A DNA stretch of 64,000 nucleotides from a virus, in IMG/VR virus record IMGVR_UViG_3300021963_000034, positions 89,556-153,555 of that record; one strand, given 5' to 3'. The notes under the pieces were generated by a model, which worked only from the letters and a program-made list of their open reading frames with translations, searched no databases and was not told where the DNA came from. Below are positions 41,816-51,930 of this stretch, piece by piece. Each line of letters begins with the position of its first letter. Within the stretch, counting starts at the first letter, position 1. Made by a program: the position numbers and the translations under genes.

Positions 41816-41907
41816 GAAATTTTAATCAATCCAAAAGAAAATATTAAAGAACACGATAACCTCCTTAAATAGTGTTAGGATATAAGCATAATCACGGGAG
41901 CAAACCT

Positions 41908-42072
41908 ATGACCCTTCCTTCAAAGGGAAACAAAAAACTTACCGATGAAGAGTTTAAAGAGATGACTGCACTTAAAAATGTAATCAATCAACGCCCTGCT
42001 GCTGTAGTTCCTGAGAAGATGGAGCAATTTACTGAGTATCTTGTGCGAAGTTTGAGAGAGAAAGATGGATAA
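41908..42072 (+). CDS. small hypothetical protein
   Basis: GGGAG SD; EMTALKNVINQRPAAVVPEKMEQFTEYLVRSL. Confidence 0.6.
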   Translation: MTLPSKGNKKLTDEEFKEMTALKNVINQRPAAVVPEKMEQFTEYLVRSLREKDG

Positions 42073-42096
42073 TAAATAATTAAAAACTATATATCC

Positions 42097-42237
42097 ATGG
42101 CACAAGAAAAAACACTAAAAATTTCAGCAGTTGCTTATGAAATGTTGCAGGTGATTGCAGAAAAAAATAGACAAAGAGACCCTATAAAATACTTGGAACA
42201 ATTTATAAAACAACAATACAGTCGTATTAGAAACTGA
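42097..42237 (+). CDS. small ribbon-helix-helix-like protein, not in ORF track
   Basis: MAQEKTLKISAVAYEMLQVIAEKNRQRDPIKYLEQFIKQQY; AATAAATA at 42071. Confidence 0.5.
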   Translation: MAQEKTLKISAVAYEMLQVIAEKNRQRDPIKYLEQFIKQQYSRIRN

Positions 42238-42293
42238 AGACACTTTAAAAACTGTCACATGATCCTGCCATTGAGCAGGATTTTTGCTATTCT
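42237..42293 (+). promoter_or_regulatory. palindrome-promoter element #7
   Basis: AAGACA-ctttaaaaac-TGTCAC; atcctgc/gcaggat hairpin; TATTCT 29 bp downstream. Confidence 0.75.
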
Positions 42294-42314
42294 ACTTTCA
42301 TTGATTCCTACATC

Positions 42315-43535
42315 ATGGTTCTTTTTCGCCCACATCAAAATGAGTGTTTGGATCAAACCAAGATCCATTCTAAAGGCATTATCTGTGCTGCCACAGGTAC
42401 AGGCAAAACTCTTGTAGGTATTGGTGATACGATTCGTGAGTTTCTAAAAGAAACACCACAAACTGTTGTGGTTGTTGCTCCGCGACTTTTGCTAGCAAAT
42501 CAATTGTGTTCTGAGTATCTTGAGCATATCACTAATGCTTCTGTGTTTCATGTTCATTCAGGAGAAACACACCACTTTTCTTCTACAAAACCTGATGTTT
42601 TGTATAAGTGGTGGTTTCATACTAAGACTCATAAACTAATCTTTACCACCTATCATTCTCTTCATCGAGTGGTGGAATCAGGTATCAAAGTAGATACAAT
42701 TCACTTTGATGAAGCACATAATTCTGTGCAGAAGAACTTTTATCCTGCAACAGAACATTTCAGTCAGAAAGCAGATCGTTGCTACTTCTATACTGCAACA
42801 CCTAAGTATTCTTCAACACCAAAGAAACCTGGGATGAACAATACTCAAGTTTATGGTAACATCATTGCAAATGTTCCTGCTCCACGAATGGTGCGAGAAG
42901 GATACATTATTCCTCCTAAGATTGTTGCCAAGCAAGTATCTTTGGACAGCACTAATGTGTTTGAGCGTGACTGCAATCATCTACTAGAGAGTATTGATGA
43001 GGCAAATGTTTCTAAAGTTCTTGTTTGTGCCAAAGCAACCAAACAAATCACTAATCTGATCTCTCAAACTGGTTTCTGTCAAGAACTAGAGGATCGTGGA
43101 TATTCTTGGATGGTGATTACATCAAAGACTGGTGCAATTATTGATGGTAAAAAAGTAAATCGTGAAGATTTCTTTGATACTCTTCACAAATGGAGTGTTG
43201 ATGACTCTAAAAAGTTTGTTCTTCTCCATTATTCTATTCTTTCTGAAGGTATCAATGTATCTGGACTTGAAGCGGTAATTTTTATGCGATCTATGGACGC
43301 GATAGGAGTGTGCCAAACTATTGGGCGAGTTGTGCGACTCCATCATAAGGATTCTGCACGTCTTCGCTCTGGAGACTTGACACCTGGAAAGTTGGAAGAC
43401 TATCATAAGTCCTATGGTCTTGTGATCATTCCAACTTTCAACTCCGTGGGAATCTCTACAGTAAAGAAAATCCAAAACGTCGTTGACACTGTGTTTCAAC
43501 AAGGCGAACCTTGCATCTCTACTATTAAACGCTGA
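42315..43535 (+). CDS. SF2 DEAD/DEAH-box helicase
   Basis: FRPHQ, ATGTGKT, DEAH, YTATP, LSEGINV, QTIGRVVR. Confidence 0.9.
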   Translation: MVLFRPHQNECLDQTKIHSKGIICAATGTGKTLVGIGDTIREFLKETPQTVVVVAPRLLLANQLCSEYLEHITNASVFHVHSGETHHFSSTKPDVLYKWWFHTKTHKLIFTTYHSLHRVVESGIKVDTIHFDEAHNSVQKNFYPATEHFSQKADRCYFYTATPKYSSTPKKPGMNNTQVYGNIIANVPAPRMVREGYIIPPKIVAKQVSLDSTNVFERDCNHLLESIDEANVSKVLVCAKATKQITNLISQTGFCQELEDRGYSWMVITSKTGAIIDGKKVNREDFFDTLHKWSVDDSKKFVLLHYSILSEGINVSGLEAVIFMRSMDAIGVCQTIGRVVRLHHKDSARLRSGDLTPGKLEDYHKSYGLVIIPTFNSVGISTVKKIQNVVDTVFQQGEPCISTIKR

Positions 43536-43537
43536 TC

Positions 43538-44050
43538 ATGATTGACTTCAGAACTTTTGAACTGAATCGTCTGTCTAAACTTTTGTATAGTCTTCGTGAT
43601 TATACATCAAACAATTTACGCTTTCCAAAAGCAGGAGAACTTGTAGAAATTGCCTATGATGTCTATAGTAAAGGACAACTCAATCGCGTTAATCTTCCTG
43701 GTGTAGATTTGATTGGAACTGATGGTCACACTTATGAATCTAAGGTGACTCAGTTCAAGAATAAATCACAAATGGCAGTGCGCGATGTCATTCTTAAGAA
43801 CAGTCGTGCAAGTAGTTCTGTCAACGAAAAACTTGCAGACTTCTTTATTTTCACTGACATCAAACTTGGAAAAGCATGTTGCGTTCCTTCTAGTTTGATC
43901 TATAATGTGAAGTTCACGGGTGCTGTTCTTACAGGACATTGTGATCCTCATCCAGAATTCTTTTTTCTTGATAGTTATGCCAAAAAGTACAAAACAGACT
44001 ACTTCGCAGAAGCAGAAAAGTTCGACCACACCTACGTCGAAAGTTTCTGA
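43538..44050 (+). CDS. putative PD-(D/E)xK restriction-endonuclease-like nuclease
   Basis: GELVE...PGVDLIGTDGHTYESK motif. Confidence 0.55.
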   Translation: MIDFRTFELNRLSKLLYSLRDYTSNNLRFPKAGELVEIAYDVYSKGQLNRVNLPGVDLIGTDGHTYESKVTQFKNKSQMAVRDVILKNSRASSSVNEKLADFFIFTDIKLGKACCVPSSLIYNVKFTGAVLTGHCDPHPEFFFLDSYAKKYKTDYFAEAEKFDHTYVESF

Positions 44051-44178
44051 AGGATTTATAACTCAAGATAATTATGCTGTAGTGCCCTGGGGAAAAAGAT
44101 TTGTCATTATTTACAATGGAGAACAACTTACTGATGTAAGCACAAAACTCCAAGCAGAGAGGTTCATCAAACAGCACC

Positions 44179-44235
44179 GTGACAGTCCTCAAACTGGCAC
44201 AGTGTTTGTTTGATGGACCTTTTTTGATCTATAGT
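44179..44235 (+). promoter_or_regulatory. palindrome-promoter element #8
   Basis: GTGACA-gtcctcaaac-TGGCAC; TATAGT 29 bp downstream. Confidence 0.7.
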
Positions 44236-44257
44236 TACTTTGTTGTCAATCAATCAC

Positions 44258-46540
44258 ATGACCAACCTCGCAAACGACATCCTCATCTGGAATCGAATGG
44301 TATCTCATGCGATTCCATCGCATAAGAAGGGTGTTTTGTATTTGAATCAAGAAATCAAGGATATTGCTGAACAGTATCCTTGTGGATTTTATCAATTCAC
44401 AAAACTCAGTGCTTTTCTTAAAAAAGAACACAAGTGCGGTCAGACAGAAAAATATGCTGCTGATCGAGTTCATGAACAGCGCACTGCATCTGAACGCGAA
44501 GATTATTTGATTGTTGGTTGGATTCCTTCTGACCTTGCTAAGAATAAGTCTGAAGATCAACGTATTCTTCTTGAACTTCACAAACAGAAGAAATGCACCC
44601 TTGCTACAATCCTTGAATCTAGGACTTCAAAAGAGTGGGCAATTTTTCCTGAAAATAATCCCGAAGAAGTTTGGCGCGATTATCTTGGTAATAACGTCAA
44701 AAAGTTGGATCTTGGTCTGACTATTTGGCAACTTGAGGCAATGGATAATATCTTCTCTTTCCTTACGGAAAATAAGAGAAAAATCATGGCAGAACTTGCT
44801 GCGCGATTTGGTAAGACTCTTGAATATCTTGCCATGTTTCTTGCAGTTAAGCACAAGGTCATGGTTGTTGGAACTTATTATCTAACTGCTCTTACCTCTT
44901 TCAAAAAAGAAGTGCATCGTTACAATGAGTTTTCCAATTTTATTATTCTAGAACTCAATTCTGACACTTTCCAAGCAGACTTTAATCAAGGTCTGAAAGA
45001 AAATAAGAAGATTGTTGTTCTTGCTTCTCTCTGTGGCAATAAGGAAGTTGACCACACTGTGCGTAATCAAAATGCACAGTTTATTGAAACTTTTACTGAC
45101 AAAATTACTGTCATTGATGAAGCAGATTATGGAGCACACACTAAGAGTTGTGTACCCTTTGTCAATCGCATTGGTCACGGCGCACCTGTGATTCTTACCA
45201 CAGGAACCAATAGCGAACGTGCAAAAGGTGAGCACGATGACGTTGATGCTTTCTTCAAGATTACTTATCTTGACATGCTGATGAAAGCAGGTACAAAGGC
45301 AAAGATTAAGAATGATATTGTTAAGCAATTCAAGCGAGCATTTGAATATGAAAAGTGTCTGGCAAAGGTTAAATTTTATCGCTATGATTGGAGTCGTTTT
45401 GTTTCCAGTCTTACCGAACATGAAATGAAGTTCAATCCTTCATTCTCTAAAGCATCTGGGAGTGTCAAAAAAAATCAAGGATTCTGGACCGGACTTTATA
45501 AGTCATTTGTTGGCAGCAGTTCTATCATGGATGCCAATGATTACAGTCTCGCTAACTGTATTGAAGGTGATGCTAAGTCTGTCATTCAGTTTGTTAGTAT
45601 GGAAAACAAACAAATGAAACATCTTGAATCTATTGCGAAGGCAATTCTTGGAGAGTTTTATGATGTTCATATTATCAATGGTGATGTTGTTAAGGGTGAA
45701 GATGCTGAACAATTTGTAAATGATAAGATTCGCATTGCCGAACAAAATAACAAACAAGTATGGATCATCGCGTCTCAAATGTGTCAGCGGTCCTTCAGTG
45801 TTCCCGAGATCAATGTTGTTCTTCTCACTTATGATAACGGAGATGCTGGCGCTACCGTTCAGAAAATGAGTCGTGCTCTGACTGCTGGTAACAGCGAAAA
45901 AGTCGGTCACATTATCTCGATTTCGATTGATGGCACTAGGGACGACAAGATTTCTCCAATGATTCTGGATGCTGCACGACAAGTTGCAGACCATGAGGAT
46001 ATTGATATTCTCTCTGCTCTTCGCAAAGTCATCAAAACTCTTCCTATCTTTGAGATGGGTGAGGATGGATACAACATTCAACTGGAGGCAGACGATTATT
46101 CTAAGGAGATCTTTTCTTCCAGCAGTTCTCATCGGATTGTCATCAATAATGATCGTCTGATGTATGAAGGTTGTCTTGATTTCATTGATTTTGATGCTTC
46201 TACCGCAGAAAAAATGAAAGCAGTATCTGATTTCAAAAAGGGCAAAACTAACCTTGAACCATTGAACAAATCAAAGGGCAAACTGACTTCTGAGGAAAAT
46301 CAACTCATTGCTCAGCGACGCAACAAACTTACAAACATTCTTGATCGCACTTCCTATTGCATCAAAGAAGTTCGCAAGAACAAGGGTAAGATCAGTTACC
46401 AATCTTTTGTTGATATTCTCAACACAAACCGTTTTGTTGCTGATTCTATTGGTGTGACCGCTCAGGAGTTCGATATGTTGGTTCAAGATCGTTATATTGA
46501 TCTTTCTCTGTTCTCCATGTACGTTGAGTGTGACAGTTGA
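44258..46540 (+). CDS. SF2 helicase/ATPase with putative N-terminal GIY-YIG/T5orf172-like nuclease domain
   Basis: HKCGQT...DRVHEQ...EDQRI...EW; LAARFGKT, IDEAD, LTTGT, QRSFSVPEI, QKMSRALT. Confidence 0.7.
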   Translation: MTNLANDILIWNRMVSHAIPSHKKGVLYLNQEIKDIAEQYPCGFYQFTKLSAFLKKEHKCGQTEKYAADRVHEQRTASEREDYLIVGWIPSDLAKNKSEDQRILLELHKQKKCTLATILESRTSKEWAIFPENNPEEVWRDYLGNNVKKLDLGLTIWQLEAMDNIFSFLTENKRKIMAELAARFGKTLEYLAMFLAVKHKVMVVGTYYLTALTSFKKEVHRYNEFSNFIILELNSDTFQADFNQGLKENKKIVVLASLCGNKEVDHTVRNQNAQFIETFTDKITVIDEADYGAHTKSCVPFVNRIGHGAPVILTTGTNSERAKGEHDDVDAFFKITYLDMLMKAGTKAKIKNDIVKQFKRAFEYEKCLAKVKFYRYDWSRFVSSLTEHEMKFNPSFSKASGSVKKNQGFWTGLYKSFVGSSSIMDANDYSLANCIEGDAKSVIQFVSMENKQMKHLESIAKAILGEFYDVHIINGDVVKGEDAEQFVNDKIRIAEQNNKQVWIIASQMCQRSFSVPEINVVLLTYDNGDAGATVQKMSRALTAGNSEKVGHIISISIDGTRDDKISPMILDAARQVADHEDIDILSALRKVIKTLPIFEMGEDGYNIQLEADDYSKEIFSSSSSHRIVINNDRLMYEGCLDFIDFDASTAEKMKAVSDFKKGKTNLEPLNKSKGKLTSEENQLIAQRRNKLTNILDRTSYCIKEVRKNKGKISYQSFVDILNTNRFVADSIGVTAQEFDMLVQDRYIDLSLFSMYVECDS

Positions 46541-46588
46541 GTAGGTGACACATCATGTCTCAGGTTTCGATCTGAGGCATGATATTCT
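46530..46588 (+). promoter_or_regulatory. palindrome-promoter element #9
   Basis: GTGACA-gttgagtagg-TGACAC; atcatgtctcagg/tctgaggcatgat hairpin; TATTCT. Confidence 0.7.
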
Positions 46589-46609
46589 TTTTTAGTAATC
46601 AACTTCATC

Positions 46610-47494
46610 ATGACTGCCCTCACTACAGAACAATTCAAAGATTACTTTCAAATCAAAGGTAATACAGTCATTCTTTCTCCACAGGTTGCAATGATTGCAA
46701 GTCTTTGTGGGTATGGCGATTTTGATTATCAACCACCATCTAAAGATCAAACCACAGTATCATCCACTCAGTATGACACTGTTTTGATTGATGTTGTAGA
46801 TAAAGACAAGTTTCCAGGTTTTGCTGGTGGGATGCTTCATTCATTTCGATACTTGACTTATGCACTCGACTTCTTGGGTGGCAATGGGACTTTGATTGGC
46901 AAATTTCCATCATTGCTACTCAATAAGGCAATAAATTTTCCAAACTCCGCACATCTCAATTCCAAGGGTCATACAGAATCAATACACCTTTTTGAAGATC
47001 ACTTTTTTATAAAGATTGTAAAAAATACCAGTAACAGAAAGACTACAGTTTTCTATGAAAATGGAAATGAGGTAGAAGTTCAGACTAAGTACCCTATTCT
47101 TCATCACTACAATCAAGAATACTATGATTATCTCCGTAGCGTAGACTTGACAACATCATGTGCCCGAACCACTATTGACGGTAAGGGTGATAAAGTAGCA
47201 GAACAACTTGCTATTCGATCAAAACGAACTGATTTCGATAAAGTTTTGTTTGTTCCCTCCAACGGAAACAAACCTAAAGCATATACTTTTGATGAGGTAA
47301 AAGACAAAAACAGCGGTGGTGATGCTTTCTTTGCGGAATCTGCAGAGCAGCGCGACCAGTACATTAAAATCCTTCAAAATCCTAAAGTTGTAGATCTGAT
47401 CAAGGAAATGTGCTATAATAACTATACTAGCATGAAACTAGATCATAAAAAGTACATCTTCAATGAGCGCATCTTCTCCTTCGCAAATGCTTAA
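46610..47494 (+). CDS. degenerate DNA-methyltransferase-like protein
   Basis: YDTVLID...RYLTYALDFLGGNGTLIGKFPSLL resembles the post-motif-IV region of amino-MTases, but there is no NPPY/DPPY. Confidence 0.35.
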   Translation: MTALTTEQFKDYFQIKGNTVILSPQVAMIASLCGYGDFDYQPPSKDQTTVSSTQYDTVLIDVVDKDKFPGFAGGMLHSFRYLTYALDFLGGNGTLIGKFPSLLLNKAINFPNSAHLNSKGHTESIHLFEDHFFIKIVKNTSNRKTTVFYENGNEVEVQTKYPILHHYNQEYYDYLRSVDLTTSCARTTIDGKGDKVAEQLAIRSKRTDFDKVLFVPSNGNKPKAYTFDEVKDKNSGGDAFFAESAEQRDQYIKILQNPKVVDLIKEMCYNNYTSMKLDHKKYIFNERIFSFANA

Positions 47495-48137
47495 TCCTCT
47501 TCTGAATTTGTTTGTCTCCAGTGATCTTGATGTATCTAATGCTAATGTAAAAGATTTCATTGTTCAACCATGCACAATGAGAGAAATCAAAGAGTTTGTT
47601 GTGCATTGGCATTACTCTCATAATCTTAGAGGTATGATGTGTTCTCATGCCTTCAAGATGACATATCAAGATTCAATCATTGGTGCCATGATTTATGGTA
47701 GACCAGCGATGGCAAACGCATGGAAAAAATATGCGGATGAACAAGACGATTTGTTAGAACTTCGTAGACTTTGTTGTATTGATAATACTCCAAGAAATAC
47801 AGAGTCTTATTTTATTGGTAAGACTTTGCGATGGTTGAAAAAGAATACTAATCTTAAAGTTATTGTATCATATGCAGATCCTCATTATGGACATGCGGGT
47901 ACAATTTATAAAGCATCAAACTTTGAATATCGAGGACAAACTTCTTCAGGAAAGGTAATTTCATACAAAGGAAGACTCTTTCATGATAAGTGTATTCGTG
48001 ATGGAAAGAAAAAAGATGAGAATGGTAATCAAATACTTGATAAGTATGCTATTGAATTGAGAGAAGCATTAAAAACTGGAGAGGCGCAATGGATTGAAAC
48101 TCCAGGTAAGCACATTTATGTTTATGAACTGCGGTGA
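47487..48137 (+). CDS. mom: Mom-family (GNAT) adenine-modification protein
   Basis: WHYSH...IGAMIYG...LELRRLC...PRNTESYFIGKTLRWL...IVSYADP..GH.GTIYKASNF. Confidence 0.8.
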   Translation: MLNPLLNLFVSSDLDVSNANVKDFIVQPCTMREIKEFVVHWHYSHNLRGMMCSHAFKMTYQDSIIGAMIYGRPAMANAWKKYADEQDDLLELRRLCCIDNTPRNTESYFIGKTLRWLKKNTNLKVIVSYADPHYGHAGTIYKASNFEYRGQTSSGKVISYKGRLFHDKCIRDGKKKDENGNQILDKYAIELREALKTGEAQWIETPGKHIYVYELR

Positions 48138-48191
48138 CACTTGAGGAACTGGCACACTGACCCGCACGAGGGACGCCAGATGCAGTATCTT
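48134..48191 (+). promoter_or_regulatory. palindrome-promoter element #10
   Basis: GTGACA-cttgaggaac-TGGCAC; TATCTT 30 bp downstream; mom stop in the left arm. Confidence 0.75.
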
Positions 48192-48249
48192 ATGTTCATG
48201 AGGCACACAGGTTGCCTCAAAACCACACAACCCACTTTTAAGTAGACTC

Positions 48250-48678
48250 ATGGCAACCCGAGCACGAATCGGTATCGAACTCAAAAACGGTTCTGTACTC
48301 TCTGTGTATCACCACTGGAATGGTTATCCCGAATGGTTGGGTCGTATTCTGAATACTCATTACAACACTCGTGCCCTTGCTGCCGAACTGATTGATGGTG
48401 GTGATATGAGTTCCTGCTGGACTGAAGACCGCTGGAACTATGATGAATCATCTTTTAAAGTTGAAGAGTATGGTCCTCAGTATTATGTGCGCGAGAGTGA
48501 TGGAGAGTGTCCTCCTCGCCTTGATGTTGACCTTGCAGAGTATCTGCTCCATGAGAATGGTCAAGAGTATCATTATCTCTTCCGCAATGGTGAATGGGTG
48601 TGCTACAATATGCACGAGTTTGATGATAGCAAACTCCCTGAAGTTGTTGAAATTCCCTCTGCTGCCCTTGCTGTTTGA
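48250..48678 (+). CDS. conserved phage protein (YxHx(D/N)GYP family)
   Basis: MATRARIG...SVYHHWNGYPEWLG. Confidence 0.7.
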   Translation: MATRARIGIELKNGSVLSVYHHWNGYPEWLGRILNTHYNTRALAAELIDGGDMSSCWTEDRWNYDESSFKVEEYGPQYYVRESDGECPPRLDVDLAEYLLHENGQEYHYLFRNGEWVCYNMHEFDDSKLPEVVEIPSAALAV

Positions 48679-49105
48679 TTATTATGGAAACTACTGAACT
48701 GATTAAAGACTATTACGACACGCAACCTGTCATGATGGAATTCACAGTTGAAGAGCATGATCTACTGAATTCTATTCTATGCCATGCTATTGATGCAATG
48801 GATCTTGCAATTTCTTGTGTTTATGACCTTCCGAAAGATTCTGAGGTCCGTCAACGTTATGAAATGCTTGAACATATGAAAAACCATTCTTATTCACTTT
48901 GGGCACAACGATTCGGTAACTGATTTATGAAAATCTTCACTGTTGCCTTTTTTGTACTTGTCCTTGCTACTGCTGGTCTATTCTTTGAAGCGTGGTTGCT
49001 TGGACTGATTCTGTCTTGGTTCAACGTATCTTTGACCTTCTGGCAGAACTTTGCTATTATCTTTCTTGCTAACGCTATTTTCAAAAACACTGGAGTATCT
49101 GCAAA

Positions 49106-49423
49106 ATGAAACCAATTCTTGCTATCGTGGGTAGTGTGATTGGGTTTGGTGCTCTTGTTTGGGGAGTTGCCTACCATGAACTCATCTTCACTTCATTCTT
49201 TGCTCCAAAGTTTGAGAATGTTCGCAGGAATACCTTTGAACAATCAAAGTCATTCCGAACTGGTGCAGTTCAAGAACTGCAGAATATGCAGTTTGAATAT
49301 ATTAAAGCATCACCCGAACATAAGGCAGCATTGGCAGATGTAATTCGGCATCGTGCTGTCGAAGTTCCTGCTGATGCTATGCCTTCTGACCTTCAATCTT
49401 TTATCTCTAATCTCCCTAACTGA
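49106..49423 (+). CDS. membrane-anchored hypothetical protein
   Basis: N-terminal TM; FAPKFENVRRNTFEQSKS. Confidence 0.6.
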   Translation: MKPILAIVGSVIGFGALVWGVAYHELIFTSFFAPKFENVRRNTFEQSKSFRTGAVQELQNMQFEYIKASPEHKAALADVIRHRAVEVPADAMPSDLQSFISNLPN

Positions 49424-49425
49424 TT

Positions 49426-49911
49426 ATGAAATCCATTGTTTCTGTTGCTGCAATCGCACTTCTGGGTGTAACTCTTGTTGGTTGTGATGATTTTAGTAGT
49501 TCTGATGATAAACAACGTAGGCAACAAGAACAAATTCTTAAAGAAGGCACAGCACAAACTGGTATGCCTGCAATCAAGAACTTCCGTGAACGCAAACTGA
49601 TGAAACAAATCATTGAGATGCGTGACCAAGATGGTCTGGTGACTTATACTTACACTGTTCCCGAAACTACTGGTCGTCCAGTGTTCCTGTGTAATTCTAT
49701 TGGTTATGGTCTGCCTGCTGCTACTCAATATACCAATCCTCAAAAGTATGAGATGAGTGGTGCAACTCTACCACAAGCAGACCCTAATGGTTTGTTCTCT
49801 CCCAGTAGTGCTGAAGGAACTTGGGTGATGTGTACTGACCCTAGTGGTAGTGGTAAGACCCGTCCTGTGTATGTTGAACCTCGTATTATTGTTTCTCCCT
49901 TTAAACTCTGA
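49426..49911 (+). CDS. lipoprotein
   Basis: lipobox LVGC; SIGYGLP...QADPNGLFS...GTWV. Confidence 0.7.
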   Translation: MKSIVSVAAIALLGVTLVGCDDFSSSDDKQRRQQEQILKEGTAQTGMPAIKNFRERKLMKQIIEMRDQDGLVTYTYTVPETTGRPVFLCNSIGYGLPAATQYTNPQKYEMSGATLPQADPNGLFSPSSAEGTWVMCTDPSGSGKTRPVYVEPRIIVSPFKL

Positions 49912-49913
49912 TT

Positions 49914-50333
49914 ATGACTAAACAAAACGGATTTATTGACCCTGCTGCAGTTGTTGTAGTTGGTGGTGTGATTTTGCTAGGTGCTATCATCTTTATTGGT
50001 GGTCCGCAGTATAATGTGTGGCAGCAATCTCTTGCTGGTAAGGCAGAACTACAAAAAGCAGAATATACTCGTCAGGTGGCAGTGTTGGAAGCACAAGCAA
50101 AGAAAGATTCTGCATCGCAACTTGCTGATGCTGAAATCATCCGTGCTCAGGGTGTTGCTAAGGCAAACCAAATCATTGGCGAGAGTTTGAGAGATAATCC
50201 TGCTTATCTACAATATCTCTGGATTACTGAGGGTGAAAAGGATTCAAACCGCACAGTTTATATGATTCCTAGTAATGGTGGTGCTCCTGTACCAACTTTT
50301 GATATTCAACAACCACCTCCTGTCAAAAAATGA
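49914..50333 (+). CDS. SPFH/band-7-like membrane protein (short)
   Basis: TM then GKAELQKAE...AEIIRAQGVAKANQIIGESL...YLQYLWI. Confidence 0.6.
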   Translation: MTKQNGFIDPAAVVVVGGVILLGAIIFIGGPQYNVWQQSLAGKAELQKAEYTRQVAVLEAQAKKDSASQLADAEIIRAQGVAKANQIIGESLRDNPAYLQYLWITEGEKDSNRTVYMIPSNGGAPVPTFDIQQPPPVKK

Positions 50334-50670
50334 ACAAAAAACACATTATTGCTGGATTGATTGGTTTTGCAGTCATTCTTGGTTGGAATATCTTTCTAAT
50401 CCAGCGTGATGATGCACTCCATAAAGCATACTATCGTCAACAAGCAACTCAACACCTAAAATGATCCCAAAACGACTCCGCGACCTTATTAAACAAGCAG
50501 AAATGGACAAAGTGGCAGAAGAGTTCTGGAAAGAAGTTGAACGCGAAGCAGCAAAACTTGAGGTTCCTGTTGACTATTACTTAGCCGAATTTTACTGATG
50601 ACTTTTATTCTTGGTATGGGACTTGGTATCCTTTTGACTATTGGCACTTCTCTTATAGTTGCTGCTGATA

Positions 50671-50699
50671 TTGACAATGACGACGACTAATCTTAAACT
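50671..50699 (+). promoter_or_regulatory. sigma70-type promoter
   Basis: TTGACA-N17-TAAACT. Confidence 0.65.
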
Positions 50700-50722
50700 T
50701 AAGAGGTAACTTACACAAACAA

Positions 50723-51901
50723 ATGGCACAAAAATTTCTTTACATTCTTGACTACTTCGTACCAGTTTGGCAATCGGAGTATGGTGGTTTGCTCAATGTC
50801 ATTGCAGAAAATGACGATGAATGTTTTGATATTGTTGTAGAATGGGACAATGAAACCTGGACAGAACATTATAGCAAATTGCGAGAGAATGTAATCAAGG
50901 CACCACGATTTGCTCTAACAGAAAATGAACAATCCCGAGTGGTGGAGGCATTTACAACCTGATGACTCACCATGTTGCTCACACCAATAAAATGGTGTTT
51001 GATTTGAAGAAACAGTATCAAGATCGCATTGAACAACTGCAAAGTAAAATTGCAGAACAAGAACACGAAATCTCACAACTGCAAAAACAAATTGAGTATA
51101 TGTCGCGAGACAAGTTCTATGACTGTTGAAGTTCCACCTCTACCCTATTCTCCTCCCGAAGGTTATTACTATGAATGTGAAGACTTCAAGCGAAATGTGG
51201 TCAGTATTTGGTTATGCAACACTCGCAAGTTTGTCTATAATGGTGGCGCTGCTACTAGGACCATTCACTCCTTCTACAACACCAAAACCAGAGAGTATTT
51301 CGCCCCCATCAATAGTAAAACCATCGGTGCTCGTGTAGACATCAACGAGACAAGAAACTACACTTCAATGCCTATTAAATACCAAGGAGTCGAAAAGTTC
51401 TTTGTATGATCTACGAACCCAAAGTCAATGACTATGTTTTTTGGAACGATGGCAAAGGTGTTGCAGGTTGGGTTTATTTTAAGTGTAAGGAATACATTAC
51501 CATTGAGATTTCAGTTAGACCAAAAGATGAAATAAACTATCAATGTTGTAGTTTGCACCGAAATGAGAGAGTATTGGTTCTGTGCTATAATAAACAATGG
51601 AAACAACTGGAGTATGTAACGTCGCGTGAATCTGTTTATGAAGAAGAAAACTGCTTGGAGATGGTGGGCGAAAGCGTTGGGTGAAAAAGCAAGTAAATGT
51701 GATAAAGAATCGGATAAGGTAGCACTTATCCGAACTTTTATTTTTGCAACGTATTTGATTACTAATGCTTTTATTGTTGCTGGTGTGATTCGTCACTGGA
51801 ATGATGAGACTAAGATAGAAGTATATGTTGAAACTTCTAATATGCCAGAATATCAAACTCCACCTATGAAAGTATCAAATAGATCTTTTGAGTTTGAGTA
51901 A
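50723..51901 (+). other. operon of small hypothetical ORFs (50723, 50962, 51119, 51406, 51638)
   Basis: overlapping start/stop codons. Confidence 0.6.
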
Positions 51902-51930
51902 AACTAAATATCTAAAAAAGTATAAGTAAA

